Assembly (NCBI RefSeq): GCF_902713615.1
Contig: NC_052160.1
Span: forward strand, 41,915,440-41,979,439
Origin: Scyliorhinus canicula
Taxonomy: Eukaryota
Length of the DNA: 64,000 bases
Reading direction: 5' to 3'
Position numbers and translations under genes: made by a program. Within the stretch, counting starts at the first letter, position 1, and every line of letters starts with the position of its first letter. Shown here piece after piece: positions 62,513-64,000 of the stretch. The notes beneath the pieces are model-generated. The model worked only from the letters and a program-made list of their open reading frames with translations. It was not told the DNA's origin and made no database searches.

Positions 62513-63150
62513 GGGCGAGATTCTCTATTAGCTGACGGCGAATTCGGGAAAGGCGATTGGGCGGAGAATCGGTTCCAACACCGAAATCGTGGCAGGCGCT
62601 GATTTGACTCCCAAACGCAATGCTCCAGCACCTCGAAAACGGCGTCAGTACGTTCCAGACAGTAGACACCGTTTACATATCATTAACAGGCTCGATCCGG
62701 TATTCTGCTGGGCCTCCACGAATCTCCGCCCCCGATGGGCTGAGTTCCCGATGCCGTGGTTCACTGTGCTTTTAAAAATCGTGAACTGGCGTGGTGGCTG
62801 CAGAGGGAGAAGGGGGATACGGAAGGTGTCCAATATCACCATCGTTTGCTGACGGTTGTGCCGCTGGCGCTTCTGCCAGGCCCCCCCCCCCCCCCCCCCC
62901 CCGGATGCCCTCTGGCTCCAGCCGACCCATCGGGTGTATGGGTGCACTCCACCACAACCAGTGACAGCTTTTTGGCTGGTATGAGTGTGTGTGGGGAGTG
63001 TAATGTGTGTGTGTGGCTGCAGCTTGTCTGCCTCCCATGTGTCGATCACAGACCCGGCGACTCCCGCACCGTTTTTCATTGGAAACGATTGTGTTCCAAC
63101 CAACACCGGTGCTAGCCTCTCAACGGTAGCGGAATCAGTCTAGGTGCGGC
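62513..63150. mobile_element. CpG-rich non-autonomous DNA transposon remnant, Harbinger-like
   Basis: Begins GGGCGAGATTCTC, resembling the MITE terminus at 3926, with internal GGCGGAGAATC; the other end was not confirmed. Confidence 0.45.
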
Positions 63151-63214
63151 AATGGTTTGTCTGTCTTAAAAGTCCATGGTGATGGTTTATATGTATATAT
63201 GTTTTTTCACCTAG

Positions 63215-63750
63215 AGAGTTTAGACCACAAGAAATGGAGCAGGACCCCAGAGGAGCCAGCAGCAGATGGTGCAATTAGCCCTTCCAATCAGAAAAGACCA
63301 GAAGATACATCTGGCTGTAAACTGTCCTCCAGCGTTCTGCTGTCAACACCTTCCTGTACTCCACAGGCAGGGAACGTCCACCAGCGTGAGCAAGGTGCAG
63401 GTAGCCCTGTGTTCCCTTCACTTGGCTTCACTCCTGCATTTGGTTCTTCAGTCCTTTCCCAAAATAACCATCGAAATCAAGACTCTCTCCAAACTGGCAC
63501 ACTATCACATGCGTGTGAGGACGTTCAGAATAATGATGGGAGCTGTGGGCAAACGTTACAGACATCTGCTGAAGGGGCGGTGCCAGTAGTAAATAGAGAA
63601 GACACTCTGTCTGCAAGGGAACATCTAGATGCAGGTGAACAACCTCCGGAGCAGTTCCACGGCAGTTGTGCGACAAAGATCAGTCAGTCAGAGATGTTGA
63701 ACGAGGATTGTGCGGTGAAATTTGCTGAAGCGGGCACTGCAATTGAAGAG
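63215..63750 (+). CDS. PALB2: PALB2 exon 6; the WD40 exons lie beyond the window
   Basis: cctag|AG AGT TTA...GAA GAG|gtatga; contains SPVFPSLGFTPAFG, similar to the conserved PALB2 FPxLGxTPAFG motif. Confidence 0.85.
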
Positions 63751-64000
63751 GTATGATTTTTGTTTCACGGCATGCGCTGGTTCGTGTGGTGCAAGATTCG
63801 TTGCCATGAAGTGTTGAGTGCAGGGTAAGGCATAACGAGTCCTTTACCTTGTGTGTTGCTGTGGCAGAAGTGCAAAGTAGAGGTCAATGACTCTCCCACA
63901 AGGGACTATCTTATCCGGTGGGCCACTCTGCTGAGCCAGCCTGCTACAACTTGCCTCCCTTTAGTGAAAGGTATGTGTGACTGACCGAGGTGCAGAATTT

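Overview
Eukaryotic, repeat-rich vertebrate DNA. The HE1/V-SINE, DeuSINE, CR1 and Penelope repeat content points to a cartilaginous fish, probably a catshark; the species is an inference. The window holds the gene block known from human 16p12 in the same order and orientation: the last 4 coding exons of an IRE1 gene (ERN2 by synteny, +), a complete PLK1 (-, 11 coding exons), a complete DCTN5 (-, 6 coding exons, 182 aa) and the first 6 coding exons of PALB2 (+). PALB2 is head-to-head with DCTN5. Exons were read by hand from GT-AG boundaries and phase continuity. Comparisons with human proteins and exon sizes are from memory, not alignment. Introns hold about 25 tRNA-derived SINEs (many with intact TSDs), CR1/L1/RTE/Rex1 fragments, a deleted Gypsy element in a multi-layer nest, Penelope remnants with hammerhead-ribozyme motifs, a MITE and several minisatellites. 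The most notable observations are: (1) an inverted pair of Penelope hammerhead motifs just upstream of the PLK1 promoter; (2) a GC-box/CCAAT-box minisatellite in the DCTN5-PALB2 bidirectional promoter; (3) a 15-copy G-run/forkhead-core minisatellite in PLK1 intron 1; (4) extra introns in PLK1 and PALB2 relative to human; (5) a perfect donor consensus at the start of the symmetric 1.77 kb PALB2 exon; (6) apparent absence of the KEAP1 control module in PALB2; (7) a likely 10 kb 3'UTR intron in DCTN5. Frameshifts in PLK1 exons 4-5 look like assembly errors. There is one 149-N gap. No CRISPR array, rRNA or genuine tRNA gene was found.
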